Shown: positions 25,643 to 40,063, counted from the stretch's first letter. The stretch is DNA of 64,000 nt from Haliotis rubra (GCF_003918875.1 NW_025767423.1:186001-250000), one strand, 5' to 3'. The notes: generated by a model from the sequence alone, not told the origin. Translations and numbers: made by a program.

Positions 25643-26149
25643 AACCACAACTGAGACAGTAATCACTGGTTTGTCAGGTCCAGACTGAACTATGTACAGG
25701 TGTCTGTGATAGAGCTGGATTGATATTGACTGCAGCTTCCCTAAACAAAAGTCACAATCTCACATGATGATTTAATACTCCCATCTGAGGAGATAGTGTC
25801 AGGTGACTGCCCAAAGTAAACAAAGAATGCATGTGTTCTTGAGGCATCTTGCTAACAGAGTTATCCTTCATTAGTTACATTCACAGTTTGAAGTTAGGTT
25901 TTGACAGAAATGCCAAGACCTCATATATTCCCTCCGTGGTTCTCGGTTTGGGTATAGATGTCTTCATTGAGGACACAGTCTGATTACATTATCCACATCC
26001 ACATGATGACACTGCCTTTATTATTGACATTCAGAACTGGATGTTTAGCTTCATATTTTGAGGTACAGAAATCAAATATGCTGTTCTGATTGGCAGATTA
26101 GAAAGTTCGATCTTTTGGGAAAGGGAATCTTTTGTTCAGACATTTTAGA

Positions 26150-27918
26150 TGTTTGAGGGTAAATGATGTGATGTGAAATGCCTGTAACACGCATTGACTA
26201 TTACAGAGCAGGTGTACGAGGACGTGTTTGAGAGTAAATGATGTGATGTGAAATGCCTGTAACACGCATTGACTATTACAGAGCTGGTGTACGAGGACGT
26301 GTTTGAGGGTAAATGATGTGATGTGAAATGCCTGTAACACGCATTGACTATTACAGAGCTGGTGTACGAGGACGTGTTTGAGAGTAAATGATGTGATGTG
26401 AAATGCCTGTAACACGCATTGACTATTACAGAGCTGGTGTACGAGGACGTGTTTGAGAGTAAATGATGTGATGTGAAATGCCTGTAACACGCATTGACTA
26501 TTACAGAGCAGGTGTACGAGGACGTGTTTGAGGGTAAATGATGTGATGTGAAATGCCTGTAACATGCATTGACTATTACAGAGCTGGCGTCACGAGGACA
26601 TGTTTGAGGGTAAAATGATGTGATGTGAAATGCCTGTAACAAGCATTGACTATTACAGAGCAGGTGTACGAGGACGTGTTTGAGGGTAAATGATGTGATG
26701 TGAAATGCCTGTAACAAGCATTGACTATTACAGAGCTGGTGTACGAGGACATGTTTGAGGGTAAATGATGTGATGTGAAATGATGTGATGCATTGACTAA
26801 TACAGAGCTGGTAACGAGGACGATGTTTGAGAGTGATGATATGATGTGAAATGCCTGTAAGCATTGTGTACAGGTAACGAGGACATGTTTGAGGGTAAAT
26901 GATGTGATGTGAAATGCCTGTAACAATTGACTATTACAGAGCAGGTGTAACACGTGTTTGAGGGTAAATTGATGTGAAAGCCTGTAACACGCATTGACTA
27001 TTACAGAGCTGGACGGTTTGTTTGAGGGTAAATGATGTGATGTGAAATGCCTGTAACACGCATTGACTATTACAGAGCTGGTGTACGAGGACGGTTTGAG
27101 GGTAAATGATGTGATGTGAAATGCCTGTAACACGATTGACTATTACAGAGCTGGGTAAAGGACGGTTTGAGAGTAGATGATGTGATGTGAAATGCCTGTA
27201 ACACGCATTGACTGTTACAGAGCAGGTGTACGAGGACGTGTTTGAGGGTAAATGATGTGATGTGAAATGCCTGTAACACGCATTGTCTGCTACAGAGCTG
27301 GTGTACGAGGACGTGTTTGAGGGTAGATGATGTGATGTGAAATGCCTGTAACACGCATTGACTGTTACAGAGCAGGTGTACGAGGACGTGTTTGAGGGTA
27401 AATGATGTGATGTGAAATGCCTGTAACACGCATTGTCTGCTACAGAGCAGGTGTAACGAGGACGGTTTGAGGGTAAATGATGTGATGTGAAATGCCTGTA
27501 ACACGCATTGTCTGCTACAGAGCTGGTGTACGAGGACGTGTTTGAGGGTAAATGATGTGATGTGAAATGCCTGTAACACGCATTGTCTGCTACAGAGCTG
27601 GTGTACGAGGACGTGTTTGAGGGTAAATGATGTGATGTGAAATGCCTGTAACACGCATTGTCTGCTACAGAGCTGGTGTACGAGGACGTGTTTGAGGGTA
27701 AATGATGTGATGTGAAATGCCTGTAACACGCATTGTCTGCTACAGAGCTGGTGTACGAGGACGTGTTTGAGGGTAGATGATGTGATGTGAAATGCCTGTA
27801 ACACGCATTGACTATTACAGAGCAGGTGTACGAGGACGTGTTTGAGGGTAAATGATGTGATGTGAAATGCCTGTAACACGCATTGTCTGCTACAGAGCTG
27901 GTGTACGAGGACGTGTTT
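26150..27918 (+). repeat. 75-bp tandem repeat spanning the splice acceptor and first 23 nt of the exon, ~23 copies
   Basis: unit = gagggtaaatgatgtgatgtgaaatgcctgtaacacgcattg(actatt/tctgct)acag + agctggtgtacgaggacgtgttt; the last unit is the real exon start. Confidence 0.95.
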
Positions 27919-28063
27919 TCGGTGTGGGAGATCATCTGGGCAGCCAAACACATCAGCTCCACCCACTTTGTGTTGTTCATCGCGCTGGCACTTGTCCAGT
28001 ACTACAGAGACATCATCTTGGACAACAACATGGACTTCACCGACATCATCAAGTTCTTCAATG
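27896..28063 (+). CDS. SGSM1: SGSM-like TBC exon ([34 protein letters not shown]...[10 protein letters not shown])
   Basis: ctacag acceptor, gtgaga donor; highly conserved in SGSM1/2. Confidence 0.97.
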
Positions 28064-28226
28064 GTGAGATTCCAAGTTCCCCAGGTTATAGATGAATGAA
28101 TGATGATTGTGTGTATTCATTAATGGCAGAATGATGTAAACAAGCAAGTGTTGAAATGGTTAAAGATCACGTGGTCTGATTTTGTAAAGGGACATGATTC
28201 TTAAAACATGAATGGTTTTATTTCAG

Positions 28227-28315
28227 AAATGGCAGAGAGACATAATGCTAAGCAGGTGTTGAAGATATCCCGGGAGTTGGTACTGCGTCTACAGACTCTG
28301 ATAGAAAACAAGTAG
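28227..28315 (+). CDS. SGSM1: SGSM-like final coding exon (EMAERHNAKQVLKISRELVLRLQTLIENK*)
   Basis: tttcag acceptor; family C-terminus LIENK followed by TAG. Confidence 0.97.
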
Positions 28316-28887
28316 ATCTACGTCTGTGGGCCCTCAGCTCCTTGCCAGACTACACTGCCCCAAATGGAGACCCACCAACTGTGCATACACACATCCATTC
28401 TTGTTGTAGCAACACGATCAAATGTAGAAGTGATCACTCTGACTGTGTTGAAATTGTTAACCTTAAAAGTATGTATATTGTCAAATAGACTGACCGAGCT
28501 GTTGGAGAGATGTCATCACTTCCATACAGGCGTGAGTTGTTCTGGTTTGGACAGCCGTGGCTCCAGGTGGAATCAGCTTCCCAGATGATGGGATTGGTTC
28601 AGCTCTACCTCAGATGTTAAACAGGAATGTGTTGAACTCGGTAACTGCTATCTGTTGATGGCTTGACATGTCTGGAGCAGCTGAGGAGGTTCTATTGCAC
28701 CAGTTAGGGTTGTGGACTTGTCAGTCATCAACCAATGGCTTCTGACGGAATCAAAAGGGTTCGACCAGTAATGTGTGAGGTGATACCATGATACAATCTT
28801 CAGGATTTCTGTAGTACGAGAATGAACCGATTATATCCATGTAAGAGCTAAAGTTTTAATCGTATTCATTGATTCATTGACAAGTTA

Positions 28888-29074
28888 GGATGTGCTGGCG
28901 TGTAGAAAAAGTGAGAATGTGCTGACGTGTCAGACAAGAGAGGATGTGCTGACGTGTCGGACAAGAGAGGATGTGCTGACGTGTCGGACAAGAGAGGATG
29001 TGCTGACGTGTCGGACAAGAGAGGATGTGCTGACGTGTCGGACAAGAGAGGATGTGCTGACATGTCGGACAAGG
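28888..29074. repeat. 27-bp minisatellite in probable 3' UTR
   Basis: gatgtgctgacgtgtcggacaagagag, about 6 copies. Confidence 0.9.
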
Positions 29075-30598
29075 ACCTGGAGTAACCATGTAAGATTATG
29101 TGTGGCAGGACTTAGCGATATCAATCTTATCACATAGAAAAGTCTTTTGACCATAAGTGGAAATAATTCAAACATACAGTGACATTCCAATCCACTCCTT
29201 CGCTAATGGTCCTTCAGCATTGACTGGAATACCTGTGTAGGGATCTCTGAAGGATTCTGTAATCCCCCAAGGAGCTATTCAGGACATGACCATAGCATAG
29301 GCTTTATCCTCCTCCCACTGCAAGTTTACTGTTAGTATCATAGTGCATCTTTTTCTACATTGAATCATAATCAGGTGATACTTTCATGCATGTCCAAACG
29401 GGGAGATGCTTGACTGCATGACTTGACCAGGTGATGCGTTTATGCATGTCCAGGCTAGAGGTGCCTGATTGCACTACCCTGGTTCTTGAATTCATGTCCG
29501 AGCAGGGCAATACGAGGAAGGTGAATCTCTTGGGGAAGTTGACTTGGCAGTGTGACCCAGGTTTAGTCTCAGAGGAGATTTAAGCATCTGCACTAAACAG
29601 CCAGCAAGTGTATAAGTTCGACTTGTCATATAGAAGTGTGTACTTGTATGTTAGAGACGTCACTGTTTAAACTAATCATTTCTTGTTGGTAGGACTAGCA
29701 GAGTAAGAATTTGTGATAGTGAGTAGATTATTCCTGTGTCTTAATGCAAATCAATTATGCTAAATCAATTTTATGTGATGATTTAGAAAGAGCAACGAGA
29801 GGTGTGAACATTTCTGACAATGGCAATAACGTGTACTTTGATTGCCTGAAGCTCTCCTCCACCAAGTTCCCTGCAGTGTACAGGGCGGTTGTTGGCAGGG
29901 GCTGTGTGATAGTTGTGTAGTGTTGTGTAATTTGTTCCTTTACTTGTCAGATTGGTAGACATGTGCCAAAATATAATTGGATATTACCCACCCACCCCCA
30001 GTGTTCAAATGGACTCTACCAATCTATTTACCTTAATGTGCAGGGGAATCTTGCAAAGAGATTATTTCATTATCATCAAATATTGCACCATATATGTACA
30101 CATGAAGAAAATATAATCGATTTTTTTATTGTTTAATTATTTTAGTTTTTTCTTTAGTATTAATCTGAGTAAACACAATTTCACGGATATCAAAGTACAG
30201 TTTTATAATGGGTTGCCTCCCTTAGGTGTATCTGGATATGCCAAAGCATAGATTGGAATCAGGATCCTTGGTGTGTCAGCAGCATGTCTTGGCTTATTGG
30301 CTGCACCAATGTGGTCAGTGTACATCATGTCCTATTCTGAGTTATCTTCCCACAATCATCACATCACACATTCTTGACGACACGGCTGAAGCCACATCAG
30401 ATACACACAGTTTGTATGTTTCCAATTTGTGACCTATCCATACTTTCTGTGTACAAATATAGGGCAGTGATCAATCTGCTGGGTAGATAATGTTCAACAG
30501 CACTTAACAATGCATTCAGTTCCATCCAAAGAAACACCATTGTCACACTACCATTATCACACTACCATTATCACACTACATGTCCCCATGGTTTCAAC

Positions 30599-31331
30599 TG
30601 AATCAGCCTATCAGAAAGTAGTGCTTGTATCACACAGTTTATGAATCAGCCTATCAGAAAGTAGTGCTTGTATCACACAGTTTATGAATCTGCCTATCAG
30701 AAAGTAGTGCTTGTATCACACAGTTTATGAATCAGCCTATCAGAAAGTAGTGCTTGTATCACACAGTTTATGAATCAGCCTATCAGAAAGTAGTGCTTGT
30801 ATCACACAGTTTATGAATCAGCCTATCAGAAAGTAGTGCTTGTATCACACAGTTTATGAATCAGCCTATCAGAAAGTAGTGCTTGTATCACACAGTTTAT
30901 GAATCAGCCTATCAGAAAGTAGTGCTTGTATCACACAGTTTATGAATCTGCCTATCAGAAAGTAGTGCTTGTATCACACAGTTTATGAATCAGCCTATCA
31001 GAAAGTAGTGCTTGTATCACACAGTTTATGAATCAGCCTATCAGAAAGTAGTGCTTGTATCACACAGTTTATGAATCAGCCTATCAGAAAGTAGTGCTTG
31101 TATCACACAGTTTATGAATCAGCCTTTCAGAAAGTAGTGCTTGTATCACACAGTTTATGAATCAGCCTTTCAGAAACTAGTGCTTGTATCACACAGTTTA
31201 TGAATCAGCCTATCAGAAAGTAGTGCTTGTATCACACAGTTTATGAATCAGCCTATCAGAAAGTAGTGCTTGTATCACACAGTTTATGAATCAGCCTATC
31301 AGAAAGTAGTGCTTGTATCACACACAGTTTA
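30599..31331. repeat. 43-bp minisatellite, ~17 near-identical copies
   Basis: tgaatcagcctatcagaaagtagtgcttgtatcacacagttta repeated. Confidence 0.95.
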
Positions 31332-34300
31332 CATCAGCAACAGCTCATTCACATGCAACAGCTCATTCACATGGCGTAATTCAGAGTGTAGCCGCCTCTT
31401 CTGTTTCAGGATAATGTGGGTTAATATACTTGTGGTTTTCTGTGGTAGCTGTTGAGTACATGTGATTCACAAACATGATATTGCGATGTGTCTCATTCAT
31501 CAGTCTCGGTGGTGTCCACACAAGACGGAATATTGTTGAGTTATCGTTTCACACAGTATTGTCTCAAGGTCACAGAGGATCATACATTGTACATATATTG
31601 TATTGTATTGTATACGGTGAGATCTACAACACATTATTATAAAGAGTATGTTGCAGCATCCTTTCGTTTCATTGGTTTTCCAGTGCACTGCGCCTACTGT
31701 AGGCTTAACCCAGCTCTCCACTAACATCATTAGCATAAACAACACACAGGACTCTACAGTGTTGTTCTCAAGGCTTGTTAACTGTCTCATTGCCTAGTTT
31801 TTTATATTATCATATAAGTTGAAAAAAAATGGCACCTTGTAATTCATACTATTGACATGGAACAAACTGTCTTGTGTTTTCACGGAAACACTGTCAGCAC
31901 CAGATGTGATGTAATAACATGTGACTGAGGTCATGTGACCGAGCTGACCATATCCCGCCGACCTTCCTCATGTGTCCAGTGAACAAAGCCAGTCCGTGTT
32001 GTGTACAGAAATGTATTGTTTCACGAACAATGTCGTCACCACGTTTGGTTATCTCTTTCCAACCAGTTTGCATTTAACTGAACTTGAAATGTTGACTGTT
32101 GATTCCACGCATACATTCCTATATCTAATATGGATTATTTATCTTTGTTTAATTGTTTTTGTTTTATTATACATCTGTTTCTTATCTATGTATACATTTA
32201 TTTATACACTGAGTTTCAATCCCAACATGTATGGTTTGGGAATATTGTGATGTTCTTGTCAGTTTAATTTTAAAATCAAAACATTATTTGTGATTGAATG
32301 TCAAATGTTCTCTTAAACCCCAAGTCACCTTTTGCAAACTTAGACAAAATATGCAGTGCTATGTTCTTTACAACTAGTTTTGTCTAGTACCTTCACAACT
32401 CTGTGTTATATACAAGCTATTATGTGTTGTAGATAGATCAATGGCCAATATATTTTACTTCCAGAATGAATACATATATATTTTGAACCCTAGATGTAAA
32501 TAGATGTGATATATGAAATTATGCTACAAGTTGATTGTACAGGCTAGAATGGTGAACACAATCATGTATTTATTTGTAAGAAACTGCCCCGAGGTGCACT
32601 GATGGTAGTGTGTTGTGGGGTAGATACTGGGGCAGAAGTAGTAAGTGTTAGAGTCAACTTGGTTTTGTGTTCATGTGAAGCACTAGAAGGTGTGAAAATG
32701 GTACTGAAAGTTCAATTCACTCTTATTCAGTTCCTTGGTAGTATTTTTAAAGACGTACACAAATACAGTCTAAATCATTGTCATGAAAACGGAGTAAAAG
32801 TTTAGTAAGTCACTCTGAATACTCTAGTACATGATAGCAGTAATTCTGTTTTGCTAAAACGATTCTATGAAATCTTTCTAACAGGCGTCATCTTATCAAA
32901 AACGTCTCTCTTTTCTAAAACATTTAATTTGATGTAAGTTTTCTGAAATGGAGTTTTTAGGCATTATGAGGATTCCTAAAGGTTTGTTCTTTTGTGTTGG
33001 TTGATAGAATCAGAAAGTAACCACTGTGCATTGTTTGATTTCTGGGTATTACTGAGTATTTGATACGCGGCAGTTTCTTTTGGAAAACATTCTGTAAGCC
33101 AGAGGCTTCAAATGTTCAAATTTCGGAGCCAAACATTCCTTAAACCGACATACAATCATTCTGAAGTGGATATTCCTGAGACACACATACAATCCTTCTG
33201 GAGTGAATATTCCTGAGACACATACAATCCTTCTGTAAACATGAAAATGGAAAGCTCTACAGTCTAATTACCTGTGGAACGGAGAGATGTAGAACTTAAG
33301 ACTCAACACTTTTTATGCCTTAGGCTTATAAGTTGATTTTAATTGGTGAAGGTAAACGAATATTGTTAGAACAGAAACCGTGAGGGTTGTTTCCTGGTTG
33401 CAGCGTATATTTAAGCTATGTTTAGGAACACAGCATATCCCTGCACCTTGAGGCAGCACACTGGTGCACAAGAACTGCATGTCTGTGGCATTCAGTGGCA
33501 GTGGGTAGCGGTTGTACAGGTGTCAGCTTACCATGCTAGTGACCAGGTTTGGTTTCCTCGCTGCGTACAATGTGTGAGGGACAATTCTGACGATGTGATG
33601 TGGCGTGTTCCAACCGTCTCTCTCACTCGGTTATGGTAGGGCAAGTCCTCAGTAACATCAATATTACAGCTCAGTAATAGTTGTTCTTTTTTAGCTCAGT
33701 AATAGTTCTTCTTAGATCAAGCATCATGATCTGGTTCCATATTCGTCTGACCAGCAGTTTTCGACTTCTACAAACAGTAGAAGTAAAGGCCACGTTGGTA
33801 TATCTTCAGTTATTTCTAGGGGCCGACTCTATGCTGGTTGTCAAGACAACCACAAGGACCAGATGATGATGGCGATGTCATCTATAATATTGTATATTTA
33901 ATTACCCTCAAATGTATGGATAAATCTCGCAGAGAATAGTTTCTTGGTTAATCTCACTTGTCGAAGTTCTCTGTAAGATCTTGTTTTTGTTTGGTGAGAA
34001 CAAGTGTTTCAAGGTCCTGTATTACAATGGCAAGCTGTTCGTTTAGCCCAACTATCACTGACTTTGGTGGCATTTGTTTGCCGGACACTCAATGCAGGTG
34101 TCCCATGAGGTCGTCCCCTGCTCTTTGTAAGTTGAAGAAGTAGATAATGTCCTCAGATTGATGCGGCCAACTGCTGTCAAAACACCTCAAGGGTGCAGGG
34201 TGATGCTCATGGTATCAAACACCAGTTGGCCTGGGTGTGATTTCCCAATAGCTTTGAGAAATGACTGCAGTGTTCCTTCCAGTAGCTTCAAATCAGAAAC

Positions 34301-35783
34301 AATAGTTTTAAACGGAATCCAGAAATGAAAATGAAACCGTAAATGATTTATGTAATTTGAAAATGCAGGTACACATACTCAGTTGACCCATGAAGTAAGA
34401 TTATGGTTGTCCCTAGTCTGGAAGATATAACTATATTATTTCCCTATGAGTGCTGTGATATATATTGCTATAACGCCACGGGTTGTCCGGTATGGAGGCG
34501 GGACAAGACAATGCTAGTGCCGATGGCCTACTGACATCGTTGAACATTGTATGTGATGTACTTAAGCACCAGCAGAGAAGTGTACACCATGTACTGTGTC
34601 ATGTGTGACATTGTTGTGTTCATTTGTTGTTTTGTTGATTTGTGAAATATGTCAATAAATATATAAGTGAGATTTTGTGTGTTATGTTTGTACTGAACTG
34701 TTCTGGAAGAGGGCAACAAGACTATTTGGAGGGATCTGATATCTTCATGCTGACAGTCCTGCCAGCGGTGTTGTCTGTTGTGTTGAATCCTCGAATGTCA
34801 CTGTTGGGGTATCGCTGCCATATTTTGCTCATGTTGGCATTGCACACCATATCCACGTGCATTTATGTCTGCTGTTGTAGAAGCTTCCAGGGTACTCTTC
34901 AATCCCAAACATCTGAATACAGACCACTGTTGACTCTGAACAAAACTGCACACATACACAATAGCAATTAGAAAGTAGTGAAATGTAATATATGTTACTG
35001 TTTTAGTAAAGTACGCATTCTCGTAACAGTGAAGAAGGGGATTCCTATCCTGGAGTCGAACCCTCACTTAATCGCCACCACACATAGTCAGTGATCTAAC
35101 CCACTCAGCCACAGTGTCTTCCACAAAACGGAATGCTGACATCTGGTACTCAAACTTATTGACCCCTATGAAACATGTCGGTCTGTAATGAATGACCTTA
35201 ATGACGAGACAAGCCCCATGGGAAAGGTTATGCACTGAGCAAAAGCGCGTTCATGCTGTTGGCGTTCCGCAGGTAATTTCTGAGTGTGGCTGTAGTCACG
35301 AAGTGGGTCTGTCTTGCTGTAATCGGAGAAACATCACTTTCAGCTGTGTGGTGAAACGCTGTCGACCACCTGCATGTCTCTGTGTAGCTGACCCAAAGGT
35401 ACACCGACTGCCTGCACGCTGATCACATTCAGCTGACTCTAAACACATGCAACCAGTTTGAAGCATGTGTATGGATCTGTCTATTTCCTAGGTCGGCAAA
35501 CGACGCCTTTGACACTGAGAGACATTGTGCATTGATGAGTCAGTCCTGGTAAATATTGTGCTTTCTGATAGTGATTTCGTCACGATACGTCCAAGCAGGT
35601 GTTCAACCATCCATGTACATCTTGGCCATGACTACATGCCTTTGTTCGTTCATCGTGAAAGTCCAGAAGATAATACCCCATCATTGCGTTCCGGAATTCG
35701 CTTGTCTTCCTGTCCATCCAAACAGGTGACAGCGGTATGTGCCACTACAACGCTCAAATCTCCATGTGGGTATAGTTCTTATA

Positions 35784-37306
35784 TACTGAGCAGCAAAAGA
35801 AATGTCAGTTTGGAATTTTCCTTCGCAGAAACGGATAACTCATTCAATGTTTTGATTGTATAGTTTTGACAACATCTCAAACTTTACCTGAGCAAAGACT
35901 TTCCTTCCCAAACTCAGAATGCAACCCAGGAAATGGTCTCAAAAACGCAACCTGATCTCGGAGATGGTACGGTGTTCTCCATGTTTTTCATGCAACCCAT
36001 GATGCACTGTTCACAAGGACCAGCCCTATAAAATGCACCCCCATACCTGGTTGAAACATTCCCATTACAGCGTCAGCAGAATGCCTCGACTCACGACAGC
36101 TGAGAGGAACCAGGCGCTAGGAAAACTTGGAGCTGGCCACACTGCACAAGCCGTTGCCAATTACTTCCTCGTCAACGTTCGGACCATCTACAGGCTGCAG
36201 CACACGTTTCCGGGCCACCAACACCACAGATGATCGCCCCCGTACTGGCAGACCAAGGGTGACCACAAGACGACAAGACCGCCATGTTGTGTGACATCAT
36301 GTACAGAATCCCTTCATGCAGGCTTCCTAAACAGCACGCCAGACACTGGGAACACATGGAAGACCAATCAGTACTGATACAGTACGCCAACGTCTTAACA
36401 GCTGGAACCTCCATTGCCGTAGATCTTACCGTGGACCTAAACTCACCCCTTGCATCGGCGTGAACGTCTACAGTTTGCCCTACAACACCAAAACTGGCGA
36501 TACAGGCAATGGAGAACTGTTCTGTTCACAGATGAGAGTCGGTACTGCGTATCAACTGCAGATGGGAGAACAAGAATATGGCGACGACGTGACCAGTGTT
36601 ACTCAGACCAATGTGTTATGGAAAGAGACTGCTGGGGAGGTGCAAGCATCACGGTATGGGGTGGAATAGGCCTGAACCAGAGAGTGGGTCCTGTGGTGTT
36701 CCAGAACCTTGGTCCAGGGAGAGGAGGCGGCATCACAGCGGTCTGCTACATCGACTAAGCTCTCAGACCCCACGTCATACCACATTTCGCACGTCACCGG
36801 AACATTTTCCAGCATGATAACGCCCGGGCCCATACTGCCAGAGCAACACGGGACTTCCTACAGCAGAACGGTGTCAACATTATGCAGTGGCCAGCCCTTA
36901 GTCCTGATTTAAACCCAATTGAACATCTTTGGGATGAAATTCAGAGGAGACTACATAATGTCATACCAATGCCGAACACAGCTGATTTATTGCGCCAGGC
37001 CTTTCTAAGAGCGTGGTTCCAGGTGCAAATGGCCTTCATCAATCGATTGGTGCACTCCATGCATAGACGCTGTGCTGCAGTTATTGCCGCTTGTGGTGGT
37101 CACACTAGATACTGAAGTCAAGAATCTGAATGGACTGCAAACGTTCACGTAATGTCTTAAAATTGTGCTGAGTTATTCGTTAATGTGTCATGATGTTGTA
37201 CACAAAAAATGTTTTCGATCCGCTTATAATGTCCATTTCTGTAATGATTTGATTACAGTGCCTATCTAATTTTGAATTCGTACTGACTCTTTTTGGCTGC
37301 TGAGTC
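35784..37306 (+). mobile_element. Tc1/mariner DNA transposon, full length but decayed
   Basis: imperfect TIRs tactgagcagcaaaagaaatgtcagt / actgactctttttggctgctgagtc, TA on both flanks; transposase inside. Confidence 0.9.
36081..37115 (+). pseudogene. Tc1 DD34E transposase with frameshifts and stops
   Basis: MPRLTTAER HTH start, VLFTDESRY, QHDNARAH then 34 residues to E in SPDLNPIEHLW, ends GGHTRY*; split across frames. Confidence 0.92.
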
Positions 37307-38156
37307 TACTTGTTTCGTCTGTCGTACTGATGCAACGTACTGTTTAAACAGGCTGACAACGTGGCTGCACAGCACCACAAAGCCCTTATCTCTGTCAGCG
37401 AATACCAACTTATCCACATCGTCCTTTATGGTAAATGTTTCAACCCAAAAATAATTACTTGTATTATGAAACCGTGGCTCTAGTGATCTGTACACTCGTT
37501 TGATAAAGTTCACAGTCGGCGTCTAAGCACAGAGATACAAAACAGACACAAATATCAGCAAACGTTATCTGCCGAATCCACTGATGTTCATTAGCATGGG
37601 TTGTAGGTTGGCTGTCTCGCATTGTGCTGATATAGCGCTGTTACAAAAGTGTCACTGATTCTATAATCGCGATAATATTAACTACAATGGCAGAACACAC
37701 ATACCCCAGGCAGAACAAGTGACGTTATGTAATAATAATATAAATAATGTGTGTATTAATATCGCTCAAAGCGTTACAATATGAAAAACATGCAAATGAT
37801 TAAAAACTGTTTTCAGTACATAACGTTGCTGAAGAATTAGGTTAGACTTTGTAGTATTTTCTAAAGAAGAAGGTGTTTATATAACATCTGAAAGGTCCAA
37901 CAGAGGGAGAAAGTCTTAGCTCAAGTGTCAGTTGGTTTCAGAGTTTGGGAGCTCCATATATGTGTCACCGCTGGCTGGTCCTGTACTCCCTCACCACAAG
38001 GAACCCTATTTTTGCAATATGTCTTGCTCTGATATAAAAAGTTTATTTATATATGCTCTTCATACACTATGCCTTGTCGCGTTTTTTACGTATGGGTAAA
38101 TTAGCAAGTGTCTAATTGATTATACAATGTCGTTTAGAAAGTGGTCAAATGTAGTA

Positions 38157-38337
38157 TATGCTATATTTGGGATTCCATTGTCTTAGTGAAGCAGAGATTA
38201 TAGTACTTTCGTTGAATTGAGTCCCATGCGGGATTCGAACCCACACCCTTAGAGCCAGGCGCCCGCATGGGTCTCAATCCAGTAAAAGTACTAGAAACTG
38301 TACTTCACTAAGAAAGTGGAATCCCAAATGTAGCATA
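38157..38337. repeat. Palindromic element, ~76-bp arms around a tRNA B-box-like spacer
   Basis: tatgctatatttgggattcca...gagtcccatgcggg is inverted as cccgcatgggtctc...tggaatcccaaatgtagcata; loop contains attcgaaccc. Confidence 0.8.
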
Positions 38338-39026
38338 ATCTCCTGCATATGCTATAAGTGTCAAATTGATCGATTTTAGGGTACACATCTCCAAGTGATA
38401 TACATGTATTTTCATCATCATACCTCAGTGCTCAGCAGCAGTGCAGCTTGTGTCCCTTGTTATACTGCAGTCCCAGCTTAGCGTGTAATAATGGCTCAGA
38501 CCGATTAAACGACCTGGCAACCTCCCAAAACCCCTACATCCCAAACCCCCTACAGCCCATAACCCTTAAAGCCTATAACCCCTACAGCTTTTAACAACAA
38601 AGTTCATGGTCCAGTGCACTGCCTATCTCCTGCCTGTTACCTATTTCATACAATGGACCAGCCCAAACACTTAGCAATTGAGAGAATGATTTTAATGAGC
38701 AATAACCCAACTAAGAGTTTGAGAAAATGGTTTTAATGGATGATAACAAAATTATTTTTACAAAATTTCAATAATATTGAGGTTTAATTAACTTCATTAA
38801 ATATTATAATGTCATAACATATTAAATGTTTTTTATGTTTGATTTTTTACTTATTATCTTTCAACCTCAAGCAAATTGGTTTTGCTATGTTCCAGCCTCA
38901 CGATCCCCATTTTGATGACTTTTTATCTTTTACCTTTCACCTTTGAGTCAAACTACCCTCATGTGTGGAGCAATGTGTCGCGTGTGTTGTGGCTGTAATT
39001 CCGATACCATTCTGTTACAGTGACGT

Positions 39027-39655
39027 ACCACCACAGACCCACATCTCCAAACCACCACAGACTCACATCAACATACCACCACAGACCCACATCTCCATAC
39101 CACTACAGACTCACATCTCCATACCACCACATCTCCATACCACCACAGACTCACATCAACATACCACCACAGACCCACATCTCCATGCCACCACAGACTC
39201 ACATCTCCATACCACCACAGACTCACATCTCCATACCACCACAGACACACATCTCCATACCACCACAGACCCACATCAACATACCACCACAGACCCACAT
39301 CTCCATACCACCACAGACTCCATACCACCACAGACTCACATCTCCATACCACAGACTCACATCTCCATACCACCACAGACTCACATCAACATACCACCAC
39401 AGACCCACATCAACATACCACCACAGACCCACATCTCCATACCACCACAGACTCACATCTCCATGCCACCACAGACTCACATCTCCATACCACCACAGAC
39501 TCACATCTCCATACCACCACAGACACACATCTCCATACCACCACAGACTCACATCTCCATACCACCACGGACTCAAATCAACATACCACCACAGACTCAC
39601 ATCTCCATACCACCACAGACTCACATCAACATACCACCACAGACTCACATCCACA
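39027..39655. repeat. 24-bp minisatellite, ~26 copies
   Basis: ataccaccacagactcacatctcc units. Confidence 0.95.
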
Positions 39656-40063
39656 GACCCTCATTTCTATACCACAACTGCATCTTTCAAGCTTCCATCA
39701 AATCTCCCGCGACAGTTCAGTATATTTATTTAATATCTTTCAGTTATGGAGTTCCTGTCAGTTCTCGTAGGTGTGAATATGTTACTACGATCTGACACAC
39801 TGTAGTGAAAGGTTCTCGATACCATGTTTCAGTGTGGCAGGTGACTGTGGTATCATGTTCGCTATTGTTCACACTTCCGTGTTTACGCTTCACAAACCAG
39901 ATAATCTGGGGGTGTATTTTCAAATTTCAATGTTTTTTCATTTGGAAGTTTGCGTTTCATCCTCCTGGTCGTAAGTGTATGCTTCCTGACGAATCTTGGA
40001 ACGCCAGCCCAGTTCTTTGGTTTCACAGAAAGGTTTACTGTGTGATTGGGAAGATCTTTTCAA

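Noticed and set aside
26098-27980. Long minus-strand ORFs (up to 348 aa)
   Set aside because: They are translations of the 75-bp repeat, antisense to an SGSM intron, open in several frames, with no domain
33900-35780. Coding-looking stretches between SGSM and the Tc1 element
   Set aside because: Interrupted by stops with no recognisable motif; cannot be assigned without a BLASTX search
38965-39795. Pro/His/Thr-rich ORFs as a mucin or extensin-like gene
   Set aside because: A stop-free 24-bp repeat is open in several frames on both strands; no credible start or splice support
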